Part shown: piece after piece, positions 1-10,893 of the stretch
Layout of the letters: each line of letters starts with the position of its first letter
Numbering within the stretch: the first letter of the stretch is position 1
IMG/VR virus record: IMGVR_UViG_3300032116_022045
DNA: 64,000 nucleotides
Source of the DNA: a virus
Taxonomy: Duplodnaviria; Caudoviricetes
Strand: one strand, 5' to 3'
Position numbers and translations under genes: made by a program
The notes under the pieces: model-generated
Seen by the model: only the letters and a program-made list of their open reading frames with translations
Databases searched by the model: none
Told to the model about the DNA's origin: nothing

Positions 1-866
1 GTTGAACCACTGGTAATTGTTGTTGTAACATTGATAATATCGTGTGAAAATTTACCAACCACACTATTTGTATAAATTACAGTTACAATATCATCTTCAT
101 ATGTTTCACCACTTAGTGTTATAACATTACCTGTGAATGTGTAATCTAAATTTGGTGCTAATGTTAACCCGTTTAATGTAACAATAAAATCATTAAAATA
201 TGGTGCACCAATAACAAATTCAGTTTGTCCTGATTGTGGTATTATCACTTGCTGTGTTAATTGACCAGGTGTTAATGTGTTATCGCTATTATTTATTATA
301 ACTGGTTTATCAGCTACTTTCATCGCTATAAAATAAAAATCTAAATCTTTATTATATAGGTTATATTGTTGACCAATTTTATTAATAGAAGTATCAATTG
401 TTTTACCTAATTTATTTAAAAAAGTTGTACAACTAGGGAAATCATAATAACCCTTTATTAGATACTCACCATCTAATGTTAATGCAGATACTGGTATATT
501 TTGTAATGTTGTATTAGTTGCACTAAAAGATGGATAAGATAAATTATCTGATTTATAAACTGGTGGTAATAAAAAAGCTAAGTTATTTTTATTGTATTTA
601 TATATTTCATATTTAAATGTCGCAGTATTTGCGGTGAATGTGTCAGTATTTGCAGTAAAATTAAAAGTTAATGGTATTGTTGTTGCTGTACTGATAACAT
701 AAGATGTACCTGTAACACCACTACAATCTATTTTTGATGCCCCACTAATAGTAAATTGTGGTGCATTAAAAATACAAATATCAGAACTCATATTAACATT
801 TAATAAGTCTCTATTCCTAGCACCGCTATGGGCATTTTGTATGTATATTAATTCTTGATATCTCAT
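1..866 (-). CDS. Virion structural protein (tail/baseplate), runs off the window start
   Basis: Not in the ORF track. ATG at 866-864 overlaps the upstream TAA (TAATG). I translated an open frame MRYQELIYIQNAHSGARNRD...IVTLNGLTLAPNLDYTFTGNVITL... to the window edge; T/S/N-rich beta-type composition in a structural operon. Confidence 0.8.
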   Translation of the reverse strand, partial: MRYQELIYIQNAHSGARNRDLLNVNMSSDICIFNAPQFTISGASKIDCSGVTGTSYVISTATTIPLTFNFTANTDTFTANTATFKYEIYKYNKNNLAFLLPPVYKSDNLSYPSFSATNTTLQNIPVSALTLDGEYLIKGYYDFPSCTTFLNKLGKTIDTSINKIGQQYNLYNKDLDFYFIAMKVADKPVIINNSDNTLTPGQLTQQVIIPQSGQTEFVIGAPYFNDFIVTLNGLTLAPNLDYTFTGNVITLSGETYEDDIVTVIYTNSVVGKFSHDIINVTTTITSGS

Positions 867-1108
867 TAATAATCTATTGTTATATTGATTACTGGTATGT
901 TATATTGATTTTTTAGTCCAAACTCTATTGGTTTTTCTAATAAATATATCTGTTCTGTTTTTGAAAAATTTTGTAGAAATGCCTCAAGTCCATATATGTT
1001 TATATAATCCTCTTTTTGTAAATCAGATGTTATTGATTTAACATATTTTACATTGCTATTATGGTTATCATAAAACTTAGCTTCAATACTTTTAATTAAC
1101 GTAGGCAT
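866..1108 (-). CDS. Hypothetical protein (80 aa)
   Basis: Fills the operon gap exactly, with 1 bp spacing upstream and a stop/start overlap downstream. Confidence 0.7.
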   Translation of the reverse strand: MPTLIKSIEAKFYDNHNSNVKYVKSITSDLQKEDYINIYGLEAFLQNFSKTEQIYLLEKPIEFGLKNQYNIPVINITIDY

Positions 1109-1109
1109 A

Positions 1110-3869
1110 TTAAATTATTTCAAAATCTTTAGTTATTTTACAACAAGCACTATCTGTTATTGTCACGCTATGTATACCACCAATATTAAATGTTGTCGTA
1201 CTATCTGTTGAGCCATTACTCCATTGATAAGTAACTGGTGCCGTTGCATTTATTAAATTTAAACTAGCGTTAAAACCATTAAGTATTACTGTTGCGTTTA
1301 AATCACAATTAGTTATCACTTGTTGGTTTTTAGAACATTCAGCAAAATCATTAAAGGTTTCACCATTATCAGTATTTTCATTACCTATAATTGAAACAGT
1401 ACCAATAAATTCAGAACCATGATTCATCTGAGCTAAACATATTTCTGTACAAACACTTTTTATATCATTATCAACAGTGTCTCCAGTTAAATTAATATTT
1501 GTTGTTATTACTTCTATATTATTTTTACATTGACCATTTGGTTTATTTATTGGGCTTAATACATTTGGTAATATATTAGTGTAAGGGTTTTTACATAACA
1601 ATGAACTATATGACCTATATTTAAATTTTTGTTGGTCAAAGATTGAATTTTTATAAACTTTTACACTACCCCATATTGTTGTTGATGGTACAACTTGTTC
1701 AACTATATCAAACCAATAACCATTAATTAATTCAGTAAATTTATCAATTGATACATAATTAAAGGCTGAACTTTTTGTTGAACAATAATTCAAACTATTT
1801 AAATACCTATCATATAATGCTTTTATTGTAGGGTAAGCTGATATTGTTTGTCTATTTTTAGCATCTATTAATTCAGTTGCTAATACATTAACAAATTCTT
1901 CAACACTAGTTGTTGATGATAATGGTGTTGATAATAAACTATTAAAATCTATTTTATTATCACCACAACACAATGGTGGGAATAAACCGTCATCAGTTTG
2001 AGAAAACGGTATTGGGTCCATAGAAGCATCAAAAGGAGCACAACTTGATGTTGTTATACCATCTACATCTATTGGTGGGCAACTAGTATAACATGAATTA
2101 CAATTAGTCACACCAGTTAATATACATGGATTATCCAATGTATAGCACCAAACATCAGTTTCTATTGCTGATGCTATATCTATATTTAAGTCTATTTCTT
2201 TAGTGTTAATTACTAATCTTTCATCATTGACATCATAATTTGTTTGTCTTATACTATTTGTATCGTCAATATCAGAAATTTTAAAGTTTCTATTTACTCT
2301 AGTTGTATTATTTAACCAAGACTTTTTATTATCTATTACTTTTTCTAATTCAAAACCAGGACATTTAGTTACAAATATTTCCGTTTTTTCAATTATTTGA
2401 CAAACTTTATCAAGTTTTATGTTATCAATTAAAATACATACATCACCACAAGTATGATTTATTTTTAAACCTACTTTTATTTTCTTATTAGCTATTAAAC
2501 TAATAACATTAGGGTCATTAATAATGGTTGAAAAAGATAACCAATTTGATGTAAAAGCACTATTTGATAAAGTATTTTTAAATGTGTTAAATCCATTTGT
2601 TGTTCCACTTAAACCAGATTGTGCATATAATGTTTGAATAATATTGTTAATTACTAAATTACATGATGTGTCATTTGCATAATTAAGACCTGATGGGTCT
2701 GGTATTAATTTTAAATTAAAAGGTTTGCATGATTGTCCACCACAAACATAAAAGCCGCTATTTGGATTATTTAACAAATAAGAGTATAATAATCCACTAC
2801 CAATTTCTGGGAATAAATTAGTATCTTCATAAGCTGTTTGTAAAACATTATTAGAATCAACATATTCTAATGTCATAGACACATTTAACCCTTCAAACAT
2901 ATCAATAGGGTTTGTACAAGATATCTCTGTATTTTCAGCTAATTCGTTTTCTAATTCAATTAATTCTGACTCTAATGTTGTTAATGTTTCATCACATATT
3001 TTTTTGTTTATTTCTAATAACTCTTTTTGTTTTATTAAATAATATTTTGTATTAAATGGTACTTCACATTCATATACTAAATTAGCATTAGTTGAATTAT
3101 TTTGTGATAATAAATTTGTAACATCATTACAATCAAAAGAATTTTGGTCACCATTTAAAAATGCTTGAAATCTAACAGTACCTAAAATATTTTCCCAAGC
3201 AGTTAATCCATCAGGGTCTGTTAAACAAAAAAGTTTTGTATTTAAACTTTGTTTTAGATTGCAAAAAATTGAATATGGTGTATTAGTTATTTGTGTTGTA
3301 ACTATATCTATTTCATTTTGGATTGATTCACATAATGCTTTTTGATTTTCAATCTCTGTGTTTTTTTGATTTATATCATTTTTTATTTGTGTTGATAATG
3401 AATTTTGTGTGTTATTTTGATTTAGAAAACTAGCTAAAGTTTCACATTTTATTTTAAACAAATAATCAAAATCAACTTTAACAAAGCAATTATCAGTTTC
3501 ACCCAATTCAAAAATACTACCATCATTACCAATTGGATTTAACACTATTTTAAAAGTGTTTTCTATACTACAAGGTGGTTTATCAGCCCATAAACATTTT
3601 TGTGTTTCTTTGTCAAAAACATATCCGTTTTTTAATCTTGTACAACAATATTCATTTAAAATATATGGTACTAAACCACTAGTATTCCCAATAGGATTAA
3701 CTACAAAAACACTAACAGTACCATCTGAATTTTCTTTTATTTGACCACCATTGGTTAGAATTTCTTTTTCGCTTAAACATTTAGGTAAATTAATAAAATC
3801 CACACTGACATCAGAAGAATCACCAATACCTATTTCACCATTTATGTCTAAATTTATATCTAAACCCAT
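1110..3869 (-). CDS. Cys-rich structural protein with coiled coil and C-terminal SprB/PKD-like repeat
   Basis: 919 aa ORF; coiled-coil segments; C-terminal APVTYQWSNGST...HSVTITDSACC resembles SprB/PKD repeats. Confidence 0.6.
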   Translation of the reverse strand: MGLDINLDINGEIGIGDSSDVSVDFINLPKCLSEKEILTNGGQIKENSDGTVSVFVVNPIGNTSGLVPYILNEYCCTRLKNGYVFDKETQKCLWADKPPCSIENTFKIVLNPIGNDGSIFELGETDNCFVKVDFDYLFKIKCETLASFLNQNNTQNSLSTQIKNDINQKNTEIENQKALCESIQNEIDIVTTQITNTPYSIFCNLKQSLNTKLFCLTDPDGLTAWENILGTVRFQAFLNGDQNSFDCNDVTNLLSQNNSTNANLVYECEVPFNTKYYLIKQKELLEINKKICDETLTTLESELIELENELAENTEISCTNPIDMFEGLNVSMTLEYVDSNNVLQTAYEDTNLFPEIGSGLLYSYLLNNPNSGFYVCGGQSCKPFNLKLIPDPSGLNYANDTSCNLVINNIIQTLYAQSGLSGTTNGFNTFKNTLSNSAFTSNWLSFSTIINDPNVISLIANKKIKVGLKINHTCGDVCILIDNIKLDKVCQIIEKTEIFVTKCPGFELEKVIDNKKSWLNNTTRVNRNFKISDIDDTNSIRQTNYDVNDERLVINTKEIDLNIDIASAIETDVWCYTLDNPCILTGVTNCNSCYTSCPPIDVDGITTSSCAPFDASMDPIPFSQTDDGLFPPLCCGDNKIDFNSLLSTPLSSTTSVEEFVNVLATELIDAKNRQTISAYPTIKALYDRYLNSLNYCSTKSSAFNYVSIDKFTELINGYWFDIVEQVVPSTTIWGSVKVYKNSIFDQQKFKYRSYSSLLCKNPYTNILPNVLSPINKPNGQCKNNIEVITTNINLTGDTVDNDIKSVCTEICLAQMNHGSEFIGTVSIIGNENTDNGETFNDFAECSKNQQVITNCDLNATVILNGFNASLNLINATAPVTYQWSNGSTDSTTTFNIGGIHSVTITDSACCKITKDFEII

Positions 3870-3890
3870 TTTTTATATATAATTATTTAA

Positions 3891-6545
3891 TTATTTTGTT
3901 TTTAACTCAGATTCGTCACATTTTATTTTACCAATATTTCTTTGAAAATAAATGTTGCTTATTTGACCATAAATACCTAATTGTAAATCTTGTAACCCTT
4001 TGTCTGTTAATTGACAAGCATACCCTATTTGACCTGTATATGGGTCTTTTATATTTGGTACAGGGATTGTATATGGTGATACACAATTACAACCATCTGG
4101 TGTTACTATAGCTTGTGAACCATCTTCAGTTGTGAATTGTAAGAAATTCCTAGGTATCTGTGTTTGAGTTACTGGACCAGAAACATATGGATTCATATTT
4201 ACTTTCCATTTACAAGCTAATGTACAACCACATTTACCAGTACTATCACAACAATAATAACCAGTATTTATAACTATATTGTTAAAATATTCTTTATTTA
4301 AAACTGGTGTTCCATTGTTTGATTTACAACATTCTTGTGTTGTATATTTTGTGTTATTAGTAATAAATTTTCCGTTATTATCAATTAAATAATTACCATT
4401 AATATCTTTTTGATAATATGAAAAATTTAAAAAACCTGTGTTATCTGAAGAAGGTTTACCAAATATATCAGGACACACATTTAAATTACCATTATCTGGG
4501 TTAGGATTTTTTTCCAAACAAAGACTTAAAACATTATCTGGACCAATATCTTTACAACCACATTCTGTTAATTTTAAATCATAATTAGGGTCTTGAATGA
4601 TACTTGGTTTAAAAATAACACAATCTTCAATTGCAGCACCAAATTCATCAAATATATCTACATTTGTTACTGTTTGTGCAGTTAAAGAATTATTATCAAA
4701 TGTACCATCTTCATAATTTTCATATAAATTTGTTACGTTTTCTGTTACAGTTATTGAACTTAATATTGTTGGTACAAAATTAGGTATTAAACACCTAAAC
4801 TGGTCAATATATCTAGAACCACCATCATATGGACCTAAATGCGGATTATTACCAGTTAAAATATCTATTGTTGCACCACTACCACCAGTTTCTCTATACC
4901 ATAAACCATAGTTTTGGAAATACATATCTGGTGTGTCTGGTAAAGTTCTAGGATAACCATTAGAATCTATCGGATATATAGATAAATCTAAATCTAAATT
5001 ATTTTTACTTAATACTTGTAAAAATAAATCAATATCTATTGGTGCTGTTGCTCTATATATATGTTCATTAAATTTAATTAAACCATTTGGGGTTCCAATA
5101 AAATTTAATAAAAATTCTATAGATTTTCTACTACCTTTTGATTTCCAAAGCCATGGTGAATTTAATATTATTCTTCTCCATAATTCAATATCATATTCAA
5201 CAGGTGTTAAACCATATGTTTGACCAGAAAATGATGATACTGGTGTGTTAATGTAATTCATTAATAAATCGTTTTCAACAACTGATGAAACCAATTCCCA
5301 TCCTAATACTCTAGCAATATTTTTTAAATAGATATCTGGTGTGTTATCCATTTTATTATATGTTACAGTATTCGCATACTTTATACCAGTAATATAATTA
5401 TTTATTTTATCATATGAAGCACCATATATTTGAAGTGTTTTATTCATTTTTTGACCAGTTTCATCATGGTCAATATTTGTAACATATATTGGTGAAGTAT
5501 CAAATGCGGTTATTGATTCAGCGACCAAAAACCTGTTCATTAAATCACTATTATTTATATCATTGTTTTTTGCTATATCTAATAACCTTGTGGCATAATA
5601 AACATATTCTGTTGTATCAAAATCAATATTATATCCATCACTTACTGGCCATGTTACACTATCAGTAAAATACAATATAATACCATTTTCAGTCTTAACT
5701 GGAAATGAAAATGTAGCCGTATATAAAGGTACTACTGAACGATTTAATAGATAAGCCTCAAGTTCTGGTAATGTGTTAAAAAAGCTATCATATTTAATCT
5801 TATTAGGTTTTATATGATATGTTGGGTAGGCATTTGTTAAACCAGAAAACGGATTACCTTTTACCTTAAAATATATTGAATCATTTTTTACATTAGTAGA
5901 ACCCGTAAAGTTTAAAATATCATATTCTTGGTTTTGATAAAAAATATTATAAGATAAATAATTAATATTTAAATTTCTTAAATTATTTTGTTGGTTTGTG
6001 TTATTTGTATAGTTAATACCAAATTTATTTACTAATGTATTTGTATTTACCTTAAATGTTGATGTTTCACTTAAAACATCATAAGTATAATTTTCTATTG
6101 TAAAACCAATTTGTTCACTACCAAAGATATCAATAAAAATAGGGTTTGCATATAAAGAAGCTGGCCAATTTAATATAATATTTTCTAATGAAACTCTTAC
6201 ATATTCAGTTAAAGAACCAAACAAAGCATAATAATTTAGATTTCTTTTATCTAAATTTAAATAAGCTTTTTCATTATCATTTATTATAGTTGGTGCTGTT
6301 TGTTGTGTAACACTTAATGTATTTAAAGTATAATAATTAGAAAATTTATTAGTTAAAAAAAACTTATTGTTTTTAGGCTCTAAATTTGTTGTTAAACTAA
6401 AATTACCAAATGTTAATAATGGTGTGCTACCTATACTTGTGGTTTGTAAACCAACTAAGTCAGGTGAAAAATTACGATACTCTATACCATTATCGTATAT
6501 TACCTTTTGCGCATAACCTACTACTTTTATTTTACTAGTTGACAT
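3891..6545 (-). CDS. Baseplate wedge subunit (T4 gp7 / P2 gpI-like)
   Basis: Motif LKNIARVLGWEL...WRRIILNSPWLWKSKGSRKSIEFLLNFIG is typical of gp7/gpI-type wedge proteins; baseplate context. Confidence 0.65.
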   Translation of the reverse strand: MSTSKIKVVGYAQKVIYDNGIEYRNFSPDLVGLQTTSIGSTPLLTFGNFSLTTNLEPKNNKFFLTNKFSNYYTLNTLSVTQQTAPTIINDNEKAYLNLDKRNLNYYALFGSLTEYVRVSLENIILNWPASLYANPIFIDIFGSEQIGFTIENYTYDVLSETSTFKVNTNTLVNKFGINYTNNTNQQNNLRNLNINYLSYNIFYQNQEYDILNFTGSTNVKNDSIYFKVKGNPFSGLTNAYPTYHIKPNKIKYDSFFNTLPELEAYLLNRSVVPLYTATFSFPVKTENGIILYFTDSVTWPVSDGYNIDFDTTEYVYYATRLLDIAKNNDINNSDLMNRFLVAESITAFDTSPIYVTNIDHDETGQKMNKTLQIYGASYDKINNYITGIKYANTVTYNKMDNTPDIYLKNIARVLGWELVSSVVENDLLMNYINTPVSSFSGQTYGLTPVEYDIELWRRIILNSPWLWKSKGSRKSIEFLLNFIGTPNGLIKFNEHIYRATAPIDIDLFLQVLSKNNLDLDLSIYPIDSNGYPRTLPDTPDMYFQNYGLWYRETGGSGATIDILTGNNPHLGPYDGGSRYIDQFRCLIPNFVPTILSSITVTENVTNLYENYEDGTFDNNSLTAQTVTNVDIFDEFGAAIEDCVIFKPSIIQDPNYDLKLTECGCKDIGPDNVLSLCLEKNPNPDNGNLNVCPDIFGKPSSDNTGFLNFSYYQKDINGNYLIDNNGKFITNNTKYTTQECCKSNNGTPVLNKEYFNNIVINTGYYCCDSTGKCGCTLACKWKVNMNPYVSGPVTQTQIPRNFLQFTTEDGSQAIVTPDGCNCVSPYTIPVPNIKDPYTGQIGYACQLTDKGLQDLQLGIYGQISNIYFQRNIGKIKCDESELKTK

Positions 6546-6552
6546 TTATATT

Positions 6553-7476
6553 TTAGATTGATGTAATATTAGTGAATGATTTAGTAAAATCAATATTAGT
6601 TCTTTGTTCTCTAACTTCAAATAATGGATTACCATTAAACACATCTTTAATTTCGTATAGAGTATATTGTTTGTAAATGTCATTACTAAAGTTATATATA
6701 GTATAAATACCATCTTCAAGTGATTTAGTCTGATTACCAAATAATCCAAATGCAAGTGATTCAATATCGTATTCAACCATCTCTATTTCAATCATAATAG
6801 GATTAAAAAAAGTATTAGTTATTATAACTTGTTGATTTGGTTGACCAATAAAAGGAAAAGCATTTGGTTTAACATTTGATGCAGATGATGGTGATAAAGT
6901 ACAAAATACTAATGTAGAATTATCATTGAATCTATATCTAATAGCTTTTTGATTAGAATTAGTTAAATTCTGATTTACTGGTTCTGCACGATTATTTGAT
7001 GTTACTATCCTAAATAAATTATTTATTTTAGCATCTGGTGCTGATGTATTTGTATTTAAATACTCTATCCTATATCCAACTAAATTATTATTCTCAAATT
7101 TTGATAAAAAATTACTTGGTATTGTTGCTGTATCAAATAATACACCATTTATGTCTGGATATGCCGATAAAACACCAATATCAACTATTCTTGTACGTAT
7201 TTCAACAGGTTTTATAATTATGGTATAAAAACCTTTAATACCAAATGTTGTAGCTGGTAATTTTAATGTATATAACCCACCAAAAATTTCAAAACCAACT
7301 ACATTTGATTGTGTTTTATTAGGGTTATCTACTTTTAATAACACATCATTAGAATTCAATTTTATTAAGCTGGTATTACCTATTTTATCTCTAGATGGTG
7401 TGAAATGATAAAATATTTCAACATCCTCTGGACTTACATCTGATGGTCTTACTATACCTACTGTTCCTGTTGCCAT
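6553..7476 (-). CDS. Conserved structural protein (probable baseplate)
   Basis: 307 aa ORF tightly packed in the baseplate operon. Confidence 0.5.
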   Translation of the reverse strand: MATGTVGIVRPSDVSPEDVEIFYHFTPSRDKIGNTSLIKLNSNDVLLKVDNPNKTQSNVVGFEIFGGLYTLKLPATTFGIKGFYTIIIKPVEIRTRIVDIGVLSAYPDINGVLFDTATIPSNFLSKFENNNLVGYRIEYLNTNTSAPDAKINNLFRIVTSNNRAEPVNQNLTNSNQKAIRYRFNDNSTLVFCTLSPSSASNVKPNAFPFIGQPNQQVIITNTFFNPIMIEIEMVEYDIESLAFGLFGNQTKSLEDGIYTIYNFSNDIYKQYTLYEIKDVFNGNPLFEVREQRTNIDFTKSFTNITSI

Positions 7477-7488
7477 TTATTTATTTTT

Positions 7489-8352
7489 TTAAATTGTTGT
7501 TATATTATAAAATCCATTACCATATTTAATTAAATTATCTAAATTCTTTATTTCAGATAATCTTAAATGTAAATCTATAACAGATGTTATTGTTCTATCT
7601 ATAAATACATCGTTTCTAACTTCTGGTTGAGAAATTATTCCAAATAAATATTCTTCTTTGGTTATCGCTGATAATGAAACGTTTGTATTATTTATTCCTT
7701 CAGTTGTGTATTTAAAAGTTGTTAACGGTACTAATTCTAAATTACCATCTATTAAGACTTGTCTTGATGTACCAGTATAATCGTAATATAAGAATCCTGT
7801 TGTTTGGTTATTTGTACCGACAAATAAATTATCTTCAGCGTCAATAGCATATATTTTAGGTTCTGAATTACTTGTAACTCTACTAACACCACTTATTGGT
7901 ATATTTTTATAATTTAAATATCCTTCTTTTTGTATATTTAAACCAACTTTATATCTATCATTTCTATCGTAAGATGTAACTTCATCAATTTTACTTTCAG
8001 TAAAACCAGTTAATACATTATTACCATAATTATAAAAATCAGATTCAACTTTAGATGGTAATCTGACTGTTAATTTTTCTGTTGGGTTTGTTATTTGTGG
8101 CATAGTTGGTGTAACACCAACCATAAATGGAAATGTAATACCACTAGATGATAATTTATTTGTTAATATACTATAGTTGACAGGTGTTTGACTTTTTTCA
8201 TTAAATTCAATGTCTGTAAATAACCCCATGTTATCAATATTTTGCGTTAAAAAAACATTGATATAAAAAGTATCAGCAGTTAATTTACCCCAGTTCTTAT
8301 CTGTTCTGGATATACTGTCTTCTAAATATATTTTTCTTTTAATAACCTCCAT
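7489..8352 (-). CDS. Hypothetical structural protein
   Basis: 287 aa ORF; start overlaps the upstream stop; baseplate operon. Confidence 0.5.
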   Translation of the reverse strand: MEVIKRKIYLEDSISRTDKNWGKLTADTFYINVFLTQNIDNMGLFTDIEFNEKSQTPVNYSILTNKLSSSGITFPFMVGVTPTMPQITNPTEKLTVRLPSKVESDFYNYGNNVLTGFTESKIDEVTSYDRNDRYKVGLNIQKEGYLNYKNIPISGVSRVTSNSEPKIYAIDAEDNLFVGTNNQTTGFLYYDYTGTSRQVLIDGNLELVPLTTFKYTTEGINNTNVSLSAITKEEYLFGIISQPEVRNDVFIDRTITSVIDLHLRLSEIKNLDNLIKYGNGFYNITTI

Positions 8353-9179
8353 TATAACGCTTGTATTTTAAATAAATTTATTGATACACTTGATGGGTTT
8401 TGTGTGTATGTAACGTTATTTTGTGTGGAAGGACCATTGCCTTGATATGTATCATCTATTTGATAGTAATAGCCTGTCTGGGTTCTAAATAGTTTATATC
8501 TGGTATAAACTTCTCTAATCAAAATATCTATTGGTTGTGCGTTTGGCTTAACCATTAGATTTGTTGACTTACCATCTTTAGCGTTTTTAAAACTTGCTTT
8601 CATATATAAATATTTGAACTCACCAACCTTTAATATATCTCTATAATCATATAAATAGTAACCTTCTAAGAAACCTCTCTGATTTGTTAAAGGATTTTCT
8701 AAAACAAATGTCAATGGTATTTGATTGGCTGGTTTTGGTTGACCAGGTAATCCAACAATAGTATTAAATGGTAACAAATCACTAGGTTTTAATTGAGAAA
8801 AAATAGTCTGTGTTGTTACTAATTGTTGTGTCATTGGGTTATCTGTATCATAAAAAGATAAATTTAAAAACGTTTGTTTAAAATTTAATTTTTTAAATTT
8901 AATATCATCATCACTAAATCCTATATCACCATAAGTTGTTAAACCACTTAAATCAACAACATAATTAATCTTATTTATTTGATTATTATTTAAATCAACT
9001 GGTATATATCTTGTTTTATCAAAATCTATGATAGGGTTAATCGCATTTTCTGTTTCAACATCAACAAATACTCTATCTATTAATTCTGCTTGGTCAGCTA
9101 ATTGATATTCCATAGTAAATGGAATATTAATTGTTGTTGCTGTTGTTGTACTATCTATTCTTATTTGGTATCTATTCAT
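8352..9179 (-). CDS. Hypothetical structural protein
   Basis: Start moved to the ATG at 9179 (MNRYQIR), 5 nt after the upstream stop. Confidence 0.5.
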   Translation of the reverse strand: MNRYQIRIDSTTTATTINIPFTMEYQLADQAELIDRVFVDVETENAINPIIDFDKTRYIPVDLNNNQINKINYVVDLSGLTTYGDIGFSDDDIKFKKLNFKQTFLNLSFYDTDNPMTQQLVTTQTIFSQLKPSDLLPFNTIVGLPGQPKPANQIPLTFVLENPLTNQRGFLEGYYLYDYRDILKVGEFKYLYMKASFKNAKDGKSTNLMVKPNAQPIDILIREVYTRYKLFRTQTGYYYQIDDTYQGNGPSTQNNVTYTQNPSSVSINLFKIQAL

Positions 9180-9184
9180 AATAA

Positions 9185-10891
9185 TTAACAAACATCTTCA
9201 GCAGAATTGGTATTAAACCTATCTGTAACTTTATTTTCAATAGGGTCAGCTGGAAACTTAGCATAATATAACCCCCACTCATTAAATGGGTCTTGTCTTT
9301 TAACTAAAAAACAATAATTACCATACATATAATGAGCATTGTTTGTAAAAGGATAGTCTAAGAATTCATTAGTCGTATCATTATACCCAATTGGTAATAA
9401 ATCTCTCCACAAATATCTACCATCACCCATGTTAATAGCATATGATGGTTTGTTTTCTGTAAATTCATCACCTTGCTCAATATAACTTGAAAAGTTTCTT
9501 ATTTTAATCAAGTGATGTGATTTATAATAATAACCCTCTTGTCTAGGTCCTAAATTAATTGTTGTATTTGTAACTAATTGTGGGTTAGTTTCCCTATTGT
9601 TTGTATTAAATCTATGGTAAACATCAGCTAATACCGTTTCTATAAGCTCATTTTGGTTATAATCAACTAAATCACCATAAAAATCAGTGCTACTAAATAA
9701 AACATTATTCTCTAATGGTATATGTGTAGGAAATGGTGATGACCCACCATTATGTATTTTATTTATTACTGGTATTGATGTTAAATACGTATTTGTTAAA
9801 CTAGTATTTAAATTAGATATAAATGGTGTTTCAATACCTGAAGATACATTTGTAAATAACCCATTGCTACTTGTTTTAACTATAGTTAAATATAATTCAC
9901 TTAAAGGTCTGCCAAGATTATCAACTAAATTAGATACATCAATATCCTCATTAAATGTGAATTGGGTTATAAAATCAGAAAATATATTTTGACTAAAAGC
10001 CAATTTATATATTTCGTAATCATCTGGTTCTATTACTTGTGAATTTCTTGTTTTTATTTTTCTAAAAATTCTAAAATAATATTTTGATTCAAAACCATCA
10101 GATAATCTTTTAATTCTTGAGTTACCAGATATAGCACCTGTTGGTGGTCTATTTATAACAAAATAGTTTTCTTTTAAATCACCATTATCTAAACCAGTTC
10201 TAACAACAGTATGGTCACCATCATAACCGTTTGTACCTGTTATTCTAACCGTATCTCCTATAGATAAATTATGTTTACATGGTAATCCTATCGCCACCAT
10301 TGATATTGTTGATATAGTCGCTGGTAACGCATCGCAAATTAATAACCCGTTTAATACCATAGTATGACCAGAATCAACAGCAGCTGGATATGTTATAGTT
10401 AAATCCCAATTACTGATAGGTTGTGGTACTGAAGTATTATATGGTTTAATATCTGATATAAATGAAAACCTTTCTCTTTTTGGTTCCATGTCAATAAAAT
10501 TACATAACCCAAAAGTTGTTTTATTAGGGTTATAATATCCAAACCAACCATCAATATCTTTTAAATTATTTGTTATTCTATCAAAATATGTGTCACCATT
10601 AAAAATTGTGTTATTGAAAGTACTATAAGTATACTCATCATTAACCAATGAATTATTTAAGTTAATTAATCCATTTGATACTGTTGAATTTAATGTGCCA
10701 ATAATTCTATAAAAAGAACATTTGTTTCTTTCTCTATCAAATATTTCACCAACGTCAACAATATTATTAATATCATCATTTGGTAATAATTTTTGTGTGC
10801 TATCTAAATTTATTTTTAATAACGTATCTGTATTAACAGAATTTTTTGACGTATTTACATTCAGTATTTGTTGTATTCTTTCTTCGTTCAT
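9185..10891 (-). CDS. Hypothetical structural protein (baseplate/tail)
   Basis: Start moved to the ATG at 10891 (MNEERIQQ), 2 nt after the upstream stop; ubiquitin-activating/beta-sandwich-like segment LSIGDTVRITGTNGYDGDHTV is common in phage baseplate proteins. Confidence 0.5.
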   Translation of the reverse strand: MNEERIQQILNVNTSKNSVNTDTLLKINLDSTQKLLPNDDINNIVDVGEIFDRERNKCSFYRIIGTLNSTVSNGLINLNNSLVNDEYTYSTFNNTIFNGDTYFDRITNNLKDIDGWFGYYNPNKTTFGLCNFIDMEPKRERFSFISDIKPYNTSVPQPISNWDLTITYPAAVDSGHTMVLNGLLICDALPATISTISMVAIGLPCKHNLSIGDTVRITGTNGYDGDHTVVRTGLDNGDLKENYFVINRPPTGAISGNSRIKRLSDGFESKYYFRIFRKIKTRNSQVIEPDDYEIYKLAFSQNIFSDFITQFTFNEDIDVSNLVDNLGRPLSELYLTIVKTSSNGLFTNVSSGIETPFISNLNTSLTNTYLTSIPVINKIHNGGSSPFPTHIPLENNVLFSSTDFYGDLVDYNQNELIETVLADVYHRFNTNNRETNPQLVTNTTINLGPRQEGYYYKSHHLIKIRNFSSYIEQGDEFTENKPSYAINMGDGRYLWRDLLPIGYNDTTNEFLDYPFTNNAHYMYGNYCFLVKRQDPFNEWGLYYAKFPADPIENKVTDRFNTNSAEDVC

Positions 10892-10893
10892 AA

